A DNA stretch of 64,000 nt from Candidatus Cloacimonadales bacterium (lineage in GTDB: Bacteria; Cloacimonadota; Cloacimonadia; Cloacimonadales; JAIOQZ01), in the NCBI GenBank assembly GCA_963665815.1, contig OY762463.1, positions 1,152,001 to 1,216,000 of the forward strand, given 5' to 3'. The translations under genes were made by a program, and so were the position numbers. Below the pieces are notes generated by a model, which was not told the DNA's origin, made no database searches, and worked only from the letters and a program-made list of their open reading frames with translations. This document shows positions 1 through 9,466 of this stretch, one piece after another; the stretch's first letter is position 1, and each line of letters begins with the position of its first letter.

Positions 1-9
1 AATCCCCAT
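1..9 (-). CDS. possible 5' end of a divergent gene running off the left edge
   Basis: Minus-strand ATG GGG ATT at 9..1, preceded by AAGGATGAG (RBS-like). Only 3 codons are visible. Confidence 0.25.
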
Positions 10-256
10 AAAACTCATCCTTTTTACACACATTTATTCATTCTGAAATACTTATATATCAACGATTTTCAGGAACCACTCATATGATATTGAGAAGATT
101 GTTGACAAATTTAACTTTATATAGGGATAGTCGATCAAAACTAATAGATAGCTTTGTATTGTAAAATCAGGCTTTTATATGTAAAATTCTAATCTGAAAA
201 TCGGATTTTTTACAAAGAGTCTTTATAAGTGCGAAGTAATTTCATCGGAGTGTAGC

Positions 257-1003
257 TTGAAACATAAAACTTACGATAAACTCGTTAAAATGGCTGCTGA
301 ACAGGCAAATTATGTATGCTTAATAGATCCAGACAGTACTGATGTAAGAGAATCAGTTGATCTTGCTGTTAAGTGTGAGAAATACGGTGCAGATATTATT
401 CTGGTGGGAGGCTCTATTATGCTTCACAACAGATTCAGGGATACTCTCCGTGCCATAAAAAATGCAGTAAGCATACCAGTATTAATTTTCCCGGGTGTTT
501 TCGAATTTGTCAGCCCGGATGCAGATGCTCTTTTACTGTTGAGTGTTGTTTCCAGCAGAAACGCTCAGATGCTGATAGGCGATCAGGTAAGATCTGCTCC
601 ACTCATCAAATCTACTGGAGTAGAAGCAATTGGTACAGCTTATATGCTCATTGAATCAGGCAGTTTGAGCTCTGTTCAATACATGAGTTACAGCATTCCA
701 ATTCCAAGAGAGAAACACGATATTGCTGTAGCCCATGCACTCGCAGCTCAATATCTTGGTTTTAGACTGCTTTATATGGACGCAGGAAGTGGTGCTGATT
801 ATTCAATATCACCTGAAATGATAAAAAGAGTGAAACAAAATACCGAACTTCCACTTTTTATAGGTGGTGGTATAAGAACGCCCGAGGATGCATACAGCAA
901 AGCTGAAGCAGGTGCTGATTTTATTGTTACCGGTACTTCCATAGAAAATACAAAAGACCATGGACTGATCAAAGCTTTTGCAGATGCAATCCACAAGAGG
1001 TAA
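257..1003 (+). CDS. geranylgeranylglyceryl/heptaprenylglyceryl phosphate synthase (PcrB/GGGPS family, group II-like)
   Basis: LIDPD, LVGGS, PVLIFPG, ADALLLLS..SSRN..LIG, HALAAQYLG..LLYMDAGSGA and FIGGGIR motifs; TTG start behind GGAG. Confidence 0.92.
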   Translation: MKHKTYDKLVKMAAEQANYVCLIDPDSTDVRESVDLAVKCEKYGADIILVGGSIMLHNRFRDTLRAIKNAVSIPVLIFPGVFEFVSPDADALLLLSVVSSRNAQMLIGDQVRSAPLIKSTGVEAIGTAYMLIESGSLSSVQYMSYSIPIPREKHDIAVAHALAAQYLGFRLLYMDAGSGADYSISPEMIKRVKQNTELPLFIGGGIRTPEDAYSKAEAGADFIVTGTSIENTKDHGLIKAFADAIHKR

Positions 1004-1004
1004 T

Positions 1005-1805
1005 ATGATAGATATCCATACACATATATGTCCCGGTATAGATGACGGATCATCATCTCCCGAAGAATCAGTTAAAGCTCTGGCAAAAATGGCTGAACTT
1101 GGTGTTACAGATGTATTCATGAGTCCTCACTATCTGCCCGGTCATTATGAAAATACTTCTGAAGTTGTAATTCCAATAATGGAAGATTTGAAAGAAAGAC
1201 TTCATGCAGAAGATGTAAAAATTAATCTTCACCAGGCAGCAGAAGTATTTATGTCCCATAATATTGTAGTTGAAATAGTTGCCAACCAACTTGCTATGGC
1301 AGATTCCCAATACGTTCTCGTAGAAATGGACATGAATAATATTCCGGTAAATCTCAATGATATCCTGTATCAAATTGTTCTTGCCGGCTTCTACCCAATT
1401 CTTGCTCATCCGGAAAGATATATGGGAGTACAGCAAAACAACTCTTTAATTGAGGATCTTATATACAGAAATGTGTATATGCAGGTTAACTCAGGTAGTC
1501 TTCTTGGTATGTATGGAAAACAGGCACATGATACAGCCTGGTTCATGGTGGAAAACGGATATGTCCATTTCATGGGTTCAGATTACCATTGTCATGGAAA
1601 AACTTATACTTTGATTGAAGCTAAAAATGCTATTGCTGAACATGTAGATGAATATACTGCTAACCTGCTTACAAAAATAAATCCAGCCAAGATATTATCC
1701 GGTGAAAAAGTAGATCTGCACTATCTGAAACTTGTAGATGAATATAGAAAAGAGCATAAAAAGAAAACTTGGAAAGACAAACTGAAAGGGCTTTTATGGA
1801 GCTAA
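1005..1805 (+). CDS. CpsB/CapC (YwqE-like) PHP-family protein-tyrosine phosphatase
   Basis: MIDIHTHICPGIDDG, SPHY, ILAHPERY, QVNSGSL and GSDYH motifs; start reset to the ATG at 1005. Confidence 0.9.
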   Translation: MIDIHTHICPGIDDGSSSPEESVKALAKMAELGVTDVFMSPHYLPGHYENTSEVVIPIMEDLKERLHAEDVKINLHQAAEVFMSHNIVVEIVANQLAMADSQYVLVEMDMNNIPVNLNDILYQIVLAGFYPILAHPERYMGVQQNNSLIEDLIYRNVYMQVNSGSLLGMYGKQAHDTAWFMVENGYVHFMGSDYHCHGKTYTLIEAKNAIAEHVDEYTANLLTKINPAKILSGEKVDLHYLKLVDEYRKEHKKKTWKDKLKGLLWS

Positions 1806-2770
1806 AGAAAAAGGTTCTTATTACCGGAGTTACTGGATTTATTGGCAGAAACTTCCTTAAACTGATTATCAACAGAAATTACGAGATTCATGTTCTTGTA
1901 AGACCTGATACATCTTCGAAAAGATATGCCGAATTTGAAAACTCAGTCACAATCCATGAGATTGATCTGACAGATATAAAAAAACTTAAACTTTTCCTGT
2001 CAAAGCATACTTTTAATACAATCGTACACATCGGAGCGTTAAGAGGTGGTAGAAAATTCTCGAAAGAAGACTATTATAAAGCTAATGTCGAAGCCACAGA
2101 ACAACTCATGTACAATGCTCTTGAGCATCAGACTAAATTCATTTTCTGTTCATCTGTTGGAGTTTTCGGCGCTATTCCTAAAGAACTTCCGGCATCAAAT
2201 CTGACAGAAAAGCAGGAAGATAATTATTACCATTATACAAAGATTAAATCGGAACAGATACTTCAGAATCTTGTAATGCAAGGGCTTAACGCAATTGTCC
2301 TCAGACCTGCTATTACATATGGTCCGGGGGATTATGGTTTCCCTTATACACTTACAAAACTGATAGATAAAAAACTGCTTTTTCTGCCCGATAAGAACTT
2401 TAAAATACATATGACGAATGTTAACCTTATGGCTGAATCCTTTGTTAAAGCTATGGATATTGACCTTAGATCAGGTTCTGAATACAATATTGCTGACAGA
2501 AAACCTGTTGAGTTCTATGAGATAGTGAATGCAATATCAAAACGTATTCATGGAAGTGATTATCCTGAATCTCGATACATCAAGCAGGAATACTTTACTT
2601 TCTTCGAGAATGTTGCAAGATTCTTCAAAAATGAGTTATGGATTGCACGATTTGAGTTAATATCTAAAAGCTGGTATTTTGATGTCGAAAACAGCTACAA
2701 AGACCTGAAATTAGACTCAGGAAAAACCACAAATGATTTCATGTCAGTCGTTGACTGGTATAAGAAATAA
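1796..2770 (+). CDS. NAD-dependent epimerase/dehydratase (extended SDR)
   Basis: LITGVTGFIG Rossmann motif, FCSSVGVFG, YxxxK (YHYTK), LRPAITYGPGD. Confidence 0.88.
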   Translation: MELKKKVLITGVTGFIGRNFLKLIINRNYEIHVLVRPDTSSKRYAEFENSVTIHEIDLTDIKKLKLFLSKHTFNTIVHIGALRGGRKFSKEDYYKANVEATEQLMYNALEHQTKFIFCSSVGVFGAIPKELPASNLTEKQEDNYYHYTKIKSEQILQNLVMQGLNAIVLRPAITYGPGDYGFPYTLTKLIDKKLLFLPDKNFKIHMTNVNLMAESFVKAMDIDLRSGSEYNIADRKPVEFYEIVNAISKRIHGSDYPESRYIKQEYFTFFENVARFFKNELWIARFELISKSWYFDVENSYKDLKLDSGKTTNDFMSVVDWYKK

Positions 2771-2784
2771 GGGAAAAGACAATT

Positions 2785-3621
2785 ATGGCTATACCTATCA
2801 TACATTTCTGGGATAAATATTACAGTAACCCTGATGAAGGACTTGGTTCATCCTATGAACGAGTTATAATAAATGATTTTATGCTCAAGATCGTTAAGGA
2901 TTACAGAGTCAAAACAGTTCTGGAAACTCCGTCCTTCGGTTTCACGGGAATATCCGGTATAAACAGTATGGAGCTTGCTTCAAATGGTTGCAAAGTGACA
3001 ATTCAGGATCATCACGAAGAAAGGCTTGAGAAGATCCGTGATTTCTGGGATAATACCGGACTTAATCTAAGAGCAGACCTGAACGACAAATACAACGAGC
3101 TTCAGTATGACAATAACAGTTATGATCTCAGCTGGAACTTCTCAGCACTCTGGTTTGTCGATGATCTGGAAAGCTACCTGAGAGAATTATGCAGAGTCAC
3201 TAAAAGAGTAATTGTGCTATGCGTACCTAACAGATCTGGTATCGGATATCTTTCACAGAAATACTCTGGCAAAAATGATCTGAAAAAATACTTGAAAGAA
3301 GCACACATAATCCCGGCAAACTTCATAAAGCTTATGAAGCTGAATGGCTGGGAACTTGTAATGAAAAGCTATATAGACTGCCCTCCATGGCCAGATATTG
3401 GCATGCCTAAAGCAAAATTCCTCAAAAAGTTCGGGCTTGGAGCTCTGGTAAAAGAGGAAGAACCGGAACCTGTAAGCATAGCTGATTATTATTTTGGCAA
3501 AGACAATTCCTTCCCTGAGAAAATGCGAAAATACAGTTTCGTGGAAAAATTGGCTCCGGACACTTTCAAATTCTTCTGGGCTCATCACAAGTATTTCGTT
3601 TTTGAGCCGGAAAAGGATTAA
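2785..3621 (+). CDS. class I SAM-dependent methyltransferase-like protein
   Basis: VLETPSFG atypical motif I, LQYDNNSYDLSW, LRELCRV..VLCVPN. Confidence 0.7.
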   Translation: MAIPIIHFWDKYYSNPDEGLGSSYERVIINDFMLKIVKDYRVKTVLETPSFGFTGISGINSMELASNGCKVTIQDHHEERLEKIRDFWDNTGLNLRADLNDKYNELQYDNNSYDLSWNFSALWFVDDLESYLRELCRVTKRVIVLCVPNRSGIGYLSQKYSGKNDLKKYLKEAHIIPANFIKLMKLNGWELVMKSYIDCPPWPDIGMPKAKFLKKFGLGALVKEEEPEPVSIADYYFGKDNSFPEKMRKYSFVEKLAPDTFKFFWAHHKYFVFEPEKD

Positions 3622-3622
3622 T

Positions 3623-4339
3623 ATGACTGAAACTGCTTATTACAACGAATACTGGGAAAAGCATAAGCTGAATGAACTCTCGGCTTACTCCAAATGGAAA
3701 ATGTCTTGTTTGACTAAACTTAAGCTGTCAGGCGACACAATCGTTGATATAGGATGTGGCAGCGGAATTCTTTCTGCACCGTTTACAAACGAATTCAAAG
3801 TATATGGACTGGATCTGTCTTCTGAAGCACTTGAACTGGCAAAGAATAGAGGATTGAATCCTGTAAAACTGGAAAATCAGGACACCAGTCTAACTTTTGA
3901 GAGCGATTCCATTGACCATGTATTCTGTTTTGATGTTCTTGAACATTTATTCGCTCCTGAGCATACAGTAAAAGAAGTTTATAGAATACTTAAACCGGGT
4001 GGAACATTTCATGTTGTTGTGCCAAACATACTTAATATAATTAACAGACTGCACTTTCTCATGGGAGAATTTGTTGATGTAATGGATGTTTCTCATCTGA
4101 ATAATGAACTTTTTTCGGAACATATCAGACCTTTTTCCAAGAAGAAGCTTACTTACATTCTGGAAAAACATGGTTTCAGAATTTTCAATAAACAAAACTA
4201 TTTCCCAGCATCATTTGAGGAAGAATCCTGGAAGAAGATTCAGGTAATCGGTAACCTGATGAACTCCTTGAATATTCCTGATTTATTCCCTTCATTATTT
4301 GCACTGGGATTTTTTTATTCAAGCAAAAAGATTAAATGA
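3623..4339 (+). CDS. class I SAM-dependent methyltransferase
   Basis: IVDIGCGSG, YGLDLS, DVLEHL, RILKPGG; start reset to the ATG at 3623. Confidence 0.9.
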   Translation: MTETAYYNEYWEKHKLNELSAYSKWKMSCLTKLKLSGDTIVDIGCGSGILSAPFTNEFKVYGLDLSSEALELAKNRGLNPVKLENQDTSLTFESDSIDHVFCFDVLEHLFAPEHTVKEVYRILKPGGTFHVVVPNILNIINRLHFLMGEFVDVMDVSHLNNELFSEHIRPFSKKKLTYILEKHGFRIFNKQNYFPASFEEESWKKIQVIGNLMNSLNIPDLFPSLFALGFFYSSKKIK

Positions 4340-5322
4340 AAAAAAATACTATTTACCTGATTCTTACAATCCTGGCAGGAGTTCTGCTCTTTTTCATATG
4401 GATGCAATTTGTAGATCTTTCTGAACTACGACAGCATCTTAAATCTGCAAGAGTTGATTATCTGCTGTTAATGATTTTGTTTTATATTCTATCCTATTTT
4501 ATTCGATCACAACGTTGGAGAACTCTTTTAAAACCTCTTGTAAAAATCTCACCGTACAGATGCTTTCTATTGTGGACAGCAGGAAATTTCATAAATTACC
4601 TGGTTCCCATAAGAGCCGGTGAATTAGGAAAAAGCATCTTTCTAAAAAAAACAAACAAAGTTCCGGTTTCGGAATCACTGCCTTCCGTGTTCATTGATAA
4701 GATGTTTGATATGCTCTCAGTATTTGTTGTTCTGACTATTATTCCATTTCTGAACATTACACTCCCAAAAGCAATCTTATGGTTGATTGTTATGGTTGTA
4801 ATTGTTTTTATGACAGCATTGTTTGTTCTTATTATGGCAGCATTCAATAAAGAATTGATCATCAGGATTCTGCATAAGCTTTTTTTCTGGGTTCCGGCAA
4901 AATTCGAAGAAAAAGTAAAAAGCGTTATTGAGCTTTTTATTCATGGTCTGTCTTTGTTCAGAGAGCACAAGTTTATGATACCGAAAGTTATTGTTTTATC
5001 TTTGGTTGCAACAGCCACAGATGGACTTTTCTTCTATTTCGTTGTCAGAGCATTTCAGGTATCAATCAGCTATTTCAAAGTTCTGTTTGGTTATACACTT
5101 TTAAATCTATCATACATTTTCCCGCATCCACCGGTTCAACTTGGATCAAATGAACTTATTGTCGGCGTGATCTTCCATAATGGATTCGGATTAGATAAAA
5201 ATCTTGTTGCAGCAATAACAGTTACAGCTCATTTGCTGACAGGAATTGTTATAATATCTATCGGCTTATTCGCTATTGGATATTTAGGGCTTAAACTATT
5301 TGACAAAAAGAAATCCAACTGA
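4336..5322 (+). CDS. flippase-like membrane protein (lysylphosphatidylglycerol synthase TM / UPF0104 family)
   Basis: RSQRWRTLL, NYLVPIRAGE and DKMFD motifs; about 8 hydrophobic segments. Confidence 0.85.
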   Translation: MKKNTIYLILTILAGVLLFFIWMQFVDLSELRQHLKSARVDYLLLMILFYILSYFIRSQRWRTLLKPLVKISPYRCFLLWTAGNFINYLVPIRAGELGKSIFLKKTNKVPVSESLPSVFIDKMFDMLSVFVVLTIIPFLNITLPKAILWLIVMVVIVFMTALFVLIMAAFNKELIIRILHKLFFWVPAKFEEKVKSVIELFIHGLSLFREHKFMIPKVIVLSLVATATDGLFFYFVVRAFQVSISYFKVLFGYTLLNLSYIFPHPPVQLGSNELIVGVIFHNGFGLDKNLVAAITVTAHLLTGIVIISIGLFAIGYLGLKLFDKKKSN

Positions 5323-5344
5323 CAAATCAACATGAGGAAAAAAA

Positions 5345-6346
5345 ATGAGTAATACAAAAGAAATCTATAATAACATAAATAATTGTAAAGAGAAAATTCT
5401 CAAAGAAATCGAAAAAGTAATAATCGGTCAGAAACAAGTTGTTGAAGAACTTCTGATTGTTTTGTTTTCGGGAGGTCACTGTGTAATTGAAGGTGTTCCC
5501 GGATTAGCTAAAACACTGATGATTTCATCCTTGTCCGAACTTCTTCATTTGAAATTCAAGCGTATTCAGTTTACACCTGACCTGATGCCTTCTGACATAA
5601 CCGGTACAGATATTCTTGCTGAAAATAAAGCAGATGGAAAGAAATATTTTCAATTCATTAAAGGTCCTGTGTTCTCCAATATTATACTCGCAGATGAGAT
5701 TAACAGAACACCTCCTAAAACTCAAGCGGCTCTTTTGCAGGCAATGCAGGAAAATGAAGTCACCATAGGGAATGAAACCTTTAAGCTTGATAAACCCTTC
5801 ATAGTTCTTGCAACACAGAATCCTATTGAACAGGAAGGTACATATCCTTTACCTGAAGCTCAGTTAGATAGATTCATGTTCCAGATTAAGATTGATTATC
5901 CAACATTCGAAGAAGAAATCGCAATTGTAAACTCCACAACATCGGGAGTAACTCAAAATATTGAGGCAGTTGTAACATCTGAAGAAATTCTTAAGTTCCA
6001 GCAGGCAATAAGAGAACTTCCTGTCAGTGAACACGTTGTTGACTATGCAGTGAGACTTGTCAGATCAACAAGACCTTCTTCCGATCAATGCCCGGATAAC
6101 TTGAGAAAATTCATCAGCTGGGGTGCCGGACCACGTGCATCACAATTCCTTATTGCAGGGGCTAAAACCAGAGCTGCTCTGGATGGCAGGTTATCCCCCT
6201 CAGTTGACGATATAAAAAAAATCGCACATTTAGTACTCAGACATAGAATTATCATTACTTTTGCCGCCGAAGCAGAAGGAATGTCTAAAGAAGAAATTAT
6301 CAGTGAACTACTCACATCAGCAGAAAAGCACCAGAGGAAACAATGA
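5345..6346 (+). CDS. moxR: MoxR-family AAA+ ATPase
   Basis: EGVPGLAKT, RIQFTPDLMPSDITG, LADEINRTPPKTQAALL, ATQNPIEQEGTYPLPEAQLDRF. Confidence 0.95.
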   Translation: MSNTKEIYNNINNCKEKILKEIEKVIIGQKQVVEELLIVLFSGGHCVIEGVPGLAKTLMISSLSELLHLKFKRIQFTPDLMPSDITGTDILAENKADGKKYFQFIKGPVFSNIILADEINRTPPKTQAALLQAMQENEVTIGNETFKLDKPFIVLATQNPIEQEGTYPLPEAQLDRFMFQIKIDYPTFEEEIAIVNSTTSGVTQNIEAVVTSEEILKFQQAIRELPVSEHVVDYAVRLVRSTRPSSDQCPDNLRKFISWGAGPRASQFLIAGAKTRAALDGRLSPSVDDIKKIAHLVLRHRIIITFAAEAEGMSKEEIISELLTSAEKHQRKQ

Positions 6347-8349
6347 AACTGAGATACACAATTTTTGCATTGATCAGTGTTTTTATATATACAGGTTTAT
6401 CAGCCTACCTTCCACCTATGAATCTCCATTATGCACTTGAAGATGAGATAAATCTAAGGCTTATGTGGACTGCTCCTGAAGATATCGGTGGTACATACTT
6501 GATGTATCAGGGATTTGAAAATAATCTGATTGATTCCGGCTGGTCTCATAAAAAATCTAACGATCTGACCGGTAATAATCTTGTTGATGTCAGTTCCGGT
6601 ACAAACTCCTGGTTCCAGGTTGATGCTACCTCATTCAACAATCAAGGCACAAATATGATTTACTCAGGAAATCATTCTGCCGGTATCAGATATAATGTCA
6701 ATGGTTTCCACTGGCTTATCTCCGAAGATATTAACCTTTCGGGTAGCAATGTACTCAAGTTCCAGCTCTGGTATAAAAATGCTCCTGAGTATAACTGGAT
6801 AACTGAGTTCCATGTGATGATCTATAACAATCAGCAATGGACTGAACTGCAATCCTATGGTTCATCTTCCCAAAATAATCTGTATCAGCAAATGGAAGAG
6901 ATATCACTTTCAGGTATTACCGGAGCAACAAGAATAGCATTTGTCTATGAAGGGAGCAACGGATTTCAGCTTGCAATTGATGATATAGCCGTAATAGAGC
7001 CCACTTCATCGAGAATCAGCAGATCAGTTGACGGATACAGAATCTACAGAGACGATAGTCTTTATACAGAAGTTGCATCTACAGACACAATGGAATTTAT
7101 TGAGGGTCATGATATAGGTCATTTTATTTACAACGTGACAGCAATTTACGGAACAGAAGAATCTCTACCTTCAAACAGTATTGATATTACAATAACCAAT
7201 GATGAACTGGCCAGACCTGTTAGTTACCTGTCAGCCAATGTAGAAGAAGACTCTTTTATTGAACTCAGATGGATACCACCAAGTGAGCCAGATAATGTTT
7301 TATGGACTTCTGATTTTGAATATGATGAAGCCAACTTCCCTCCACATGATTTATTGATTCTTAAAAACGACGAACCGGAAGGCTACCTTTCGACAATGAT
7401 AGATATTGCTGTTGCAACAGATGAATCCTGGAATATAACAAATACTGAACCATATGATGGTGAGTATTCACTTTTCATAAATCCCGGAGATTTCAGAGAA
7501 TTTTATTTCCTGATTACTGAAGCCAATGAAAGAGATAGTCATGAAGTTCTGAACTTTGAACTTAAGTATTATTCAACAGATGAAATGACTACGGAATTCA
7601 TGGTCAAAGCCATTGTTGATGACAATGACTGGAAAGATTTACTAATCTTCAACAACGAACTCTATAATAACAATTTCGAATATAGAGTATCAGTTCCTCT
7701 GGAGAAGGCAGATGGTGATAATGCAGGAATTGCTTTTATTTACAATAAATTAAGTCATTCTCAAGTCATGATTGACAATGTTTCAATAACTCGTCCTTCT
7801 CTTTCCTTATCGAGAAATGAGCAAAACGGAACAAGAGATGATATCCCTCTTACAGGATATAACATATACATGAAAACAACAGAGGTTGATACATTGATTG
7901 CATCTTTACCGGATACCGTAACCTCTTATGTTATACCAAGAAACAGTATTAGCCAATATAACAACACCCTGTTTTTTGTTACAGCTGTTTATGAGGAATA
8001 TGAATCAAGAAGATCAAACTTCTTTAATACTGCCATGTTTGACACACCAACTAAAGATCCTGATATAAGAAAACCTGAACTGAGAATATCCAATTACCCT
8101 AATCCTTTCAATCCGGAAACAACTATCAGCTATTCTCTGGATTCAGATTCAGAAGTGGACATCACAATATACAATATCAAGGGTCAAAAGGTAAAGACAA
8201 TTGTAAATGATTTCAAAACAAAGGGAAATCACAATGTTATATGGAGAGGTACAGACAATAATGGAGATGCTGTTTCAACCGGAATCTATTTATGCAGAAT
8301 TCAATCTGTCAACAAATCCGGCATCAGTAAAATGCTGCTGATCAAGTAA
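6343..8349 (+). CDS. secreted/surface protein with two adhesin-like beta-sandwich modules, FN3-like segments and a C-terminal FlgD-Ig (T9SS-like) sorting domain
   Basis: Signal peptide; repeated L.W..P / GY.IY / VTA.Y..ES..SN FN3-like motifs; C-terminal NYPNPFNPETTISY...IYNIKGQKV...GIY...KMLLIK. Confidence 0.8.
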   Translation: MKLRYTIFALISVFIYTGLSAYLPPMNLHYALEDEINLRLMWTAPEDIGGTYLMYQGFENNLIDSGWSHKKSNDLTGNNLVDVSSGTNSWFQVDATSFNNQGTNMIYSGNHSAGIRYNVNGFHWLISEDINLSGSNVLKFQLWYKNAPEYNWITEFHVMIYNNQQWTELQSYGSSSQNNLYQQMEEISLSGITGATRIAFVYEGSNGFQLAIDDIAVIEPTSSRISRSVDGYRIYRDDSLYTEVASTDTMEFIEGHDIGHFIYNVTAIYGTEESLPSNSIDITITNDELARPVSYLSANVEEDSFIELRWIPPSEPDNVLWTSDFEYDEANFPPHDLLILKNDEPEGYLSTMIDIAVATDESWNITNTEPYDGEYSLFINPGDFREFYFLITEANERDSHEVLNFELKYYSTDEMTTEFMVKAIVDDNDWKDLLIFNNELYNNNFEYRVSVPLEKADGDNAGIAFIYNKLSHSQVMIDNVSITRPSLSLSRNEQNGTRDDIPLTGYNIYMKTTEVDTLIASLPDTVTSYVIPRNSISQYNNTLFFVTAVYEEYESRRSNFFNTAMFDTPTKDPDIRKPELRISNYPNPFNPETTISYSLDSDSEVDITIYNIKGQKVKTIVNDFKTKGNHNVIWRGTDNNGDAVSTGIYLCRIQSVNKSGISKMLLIK

Positions 8350-9262
8350 CCGGAATATCTTTTACAGTTTTACTTGTTTTTAAATTTGCAGCTGCAATAT
8401 ATCCTCTTTCGATGATTTCTTTTCCTTTATGGAAATCGAATAATGAAAATTCTGCAACATCAGGTTCTATATAAATATCAGGTTTATACAATTTCATAGT
8501 CAGTTCAATAATTCTTGTTTGAGTAATTTCTGTTGATCTCATCATTATTTTCTTAGCTCCGGGTACATCATTTTCTTTCTTTAACTGTTCCTTAAGCATC
8601 TGAGAGTTTATTCCAAAGCTGTCAAGCTTGTCCAGCAGACTTATTAGCGCAGCATTCTTTTTTACGGGTGCTTTTACCTTCACTGGTTTGTTAATCACAT
8701 TCACGGCAATAATCGGATCACTAAAGGATTCACTGGCAATGTTTACAGGAAGTGGATTAACAAGACCTCCATCAACCAGTATTCCCGAATCTCTAATTAC
8801 AGGCTCAAACACCAATGGTATAGATATACTTGCCCTGATTGCATCAATGATTCTCCCCTTGCAAAAAACAACTTCATTTCCACTGTTAATATCTGTTGAT
8901 ACAGCTTTGAATGGTATTTTCAGTTCTTCAATATTTATATCTCCAAACAGTGATTGTAAATATTCTTCAACTTTTTTCCCTGACGTGATTCCACTTTTAG
9001 AGATTGTTGGCGAAAACAAATTAACAACCTGTTTAAGGTCAATTTTAAGAGCAATATTCTCTATTTCCGATACAGTTTTACCATGAGCATACAAACCACC
9101 TAGTAAAGCCCCTATACTGGTACCGGTAACGGATGTAACTTGTATATTATTCTCTTCCAGCCACCTGAGAACACCGATATGAGATAATCCTTTGGCTCCT
9201 CCACCTCCCAATACAAGAGATGCTCCGGAAGAGAAGAGATGCAAATCAATTTTATTATTCAT
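8342..9262 (-). CDS. patatin-like phospholipase (RssA/NTE type)
   Basis: LGGGGAKG..HIG, GTSIGA and LVDGG motifs. Confidence 0.92.
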   Translation of the reverse strand: MNNKIDLHLFSSGASLVLGGGGAKGLSHIGVLRWLEENNIQVTSVTGTSIGALLGGLYAHGKTVSEIENIALKIDLKQVVNLFSPTISKSGITSGKKVEEYLQSLFGDINIEELKIPFKAVSTDINSGNEVVFCKGRIIDAIRASISIPLVFEPVIRDSGILVDGGLVNPLPVNIASESFSDPIIAVNVINKPVKVKAPVKKNAALISLLDKLDSFGINSQMLKEQLKKENDVPGAKKIMMRSTEITQTRIIELTMKLYKPDIYIEPDVAEFSLFDFHKGKEIIERGYIAAANLKTSKTVKDIPVT

Positions 9263-9466
9263 TTTAACTCCCTATCCTGAAAAAAAGATGTTCTGAAAAG
9301 CTGTCAATACAGATATAGATTAATATTCTTTGAATTTATATCTTAACAAAATAATAGTTCCTGACAATAAAAGTATTCTTGACAATTTTTGTAATATTGT
9401 TAAGTTTTAATGTGTAAAGAAAATTATTTCATACATACATAACTTCCCATCACTTAAGGAGACAAG

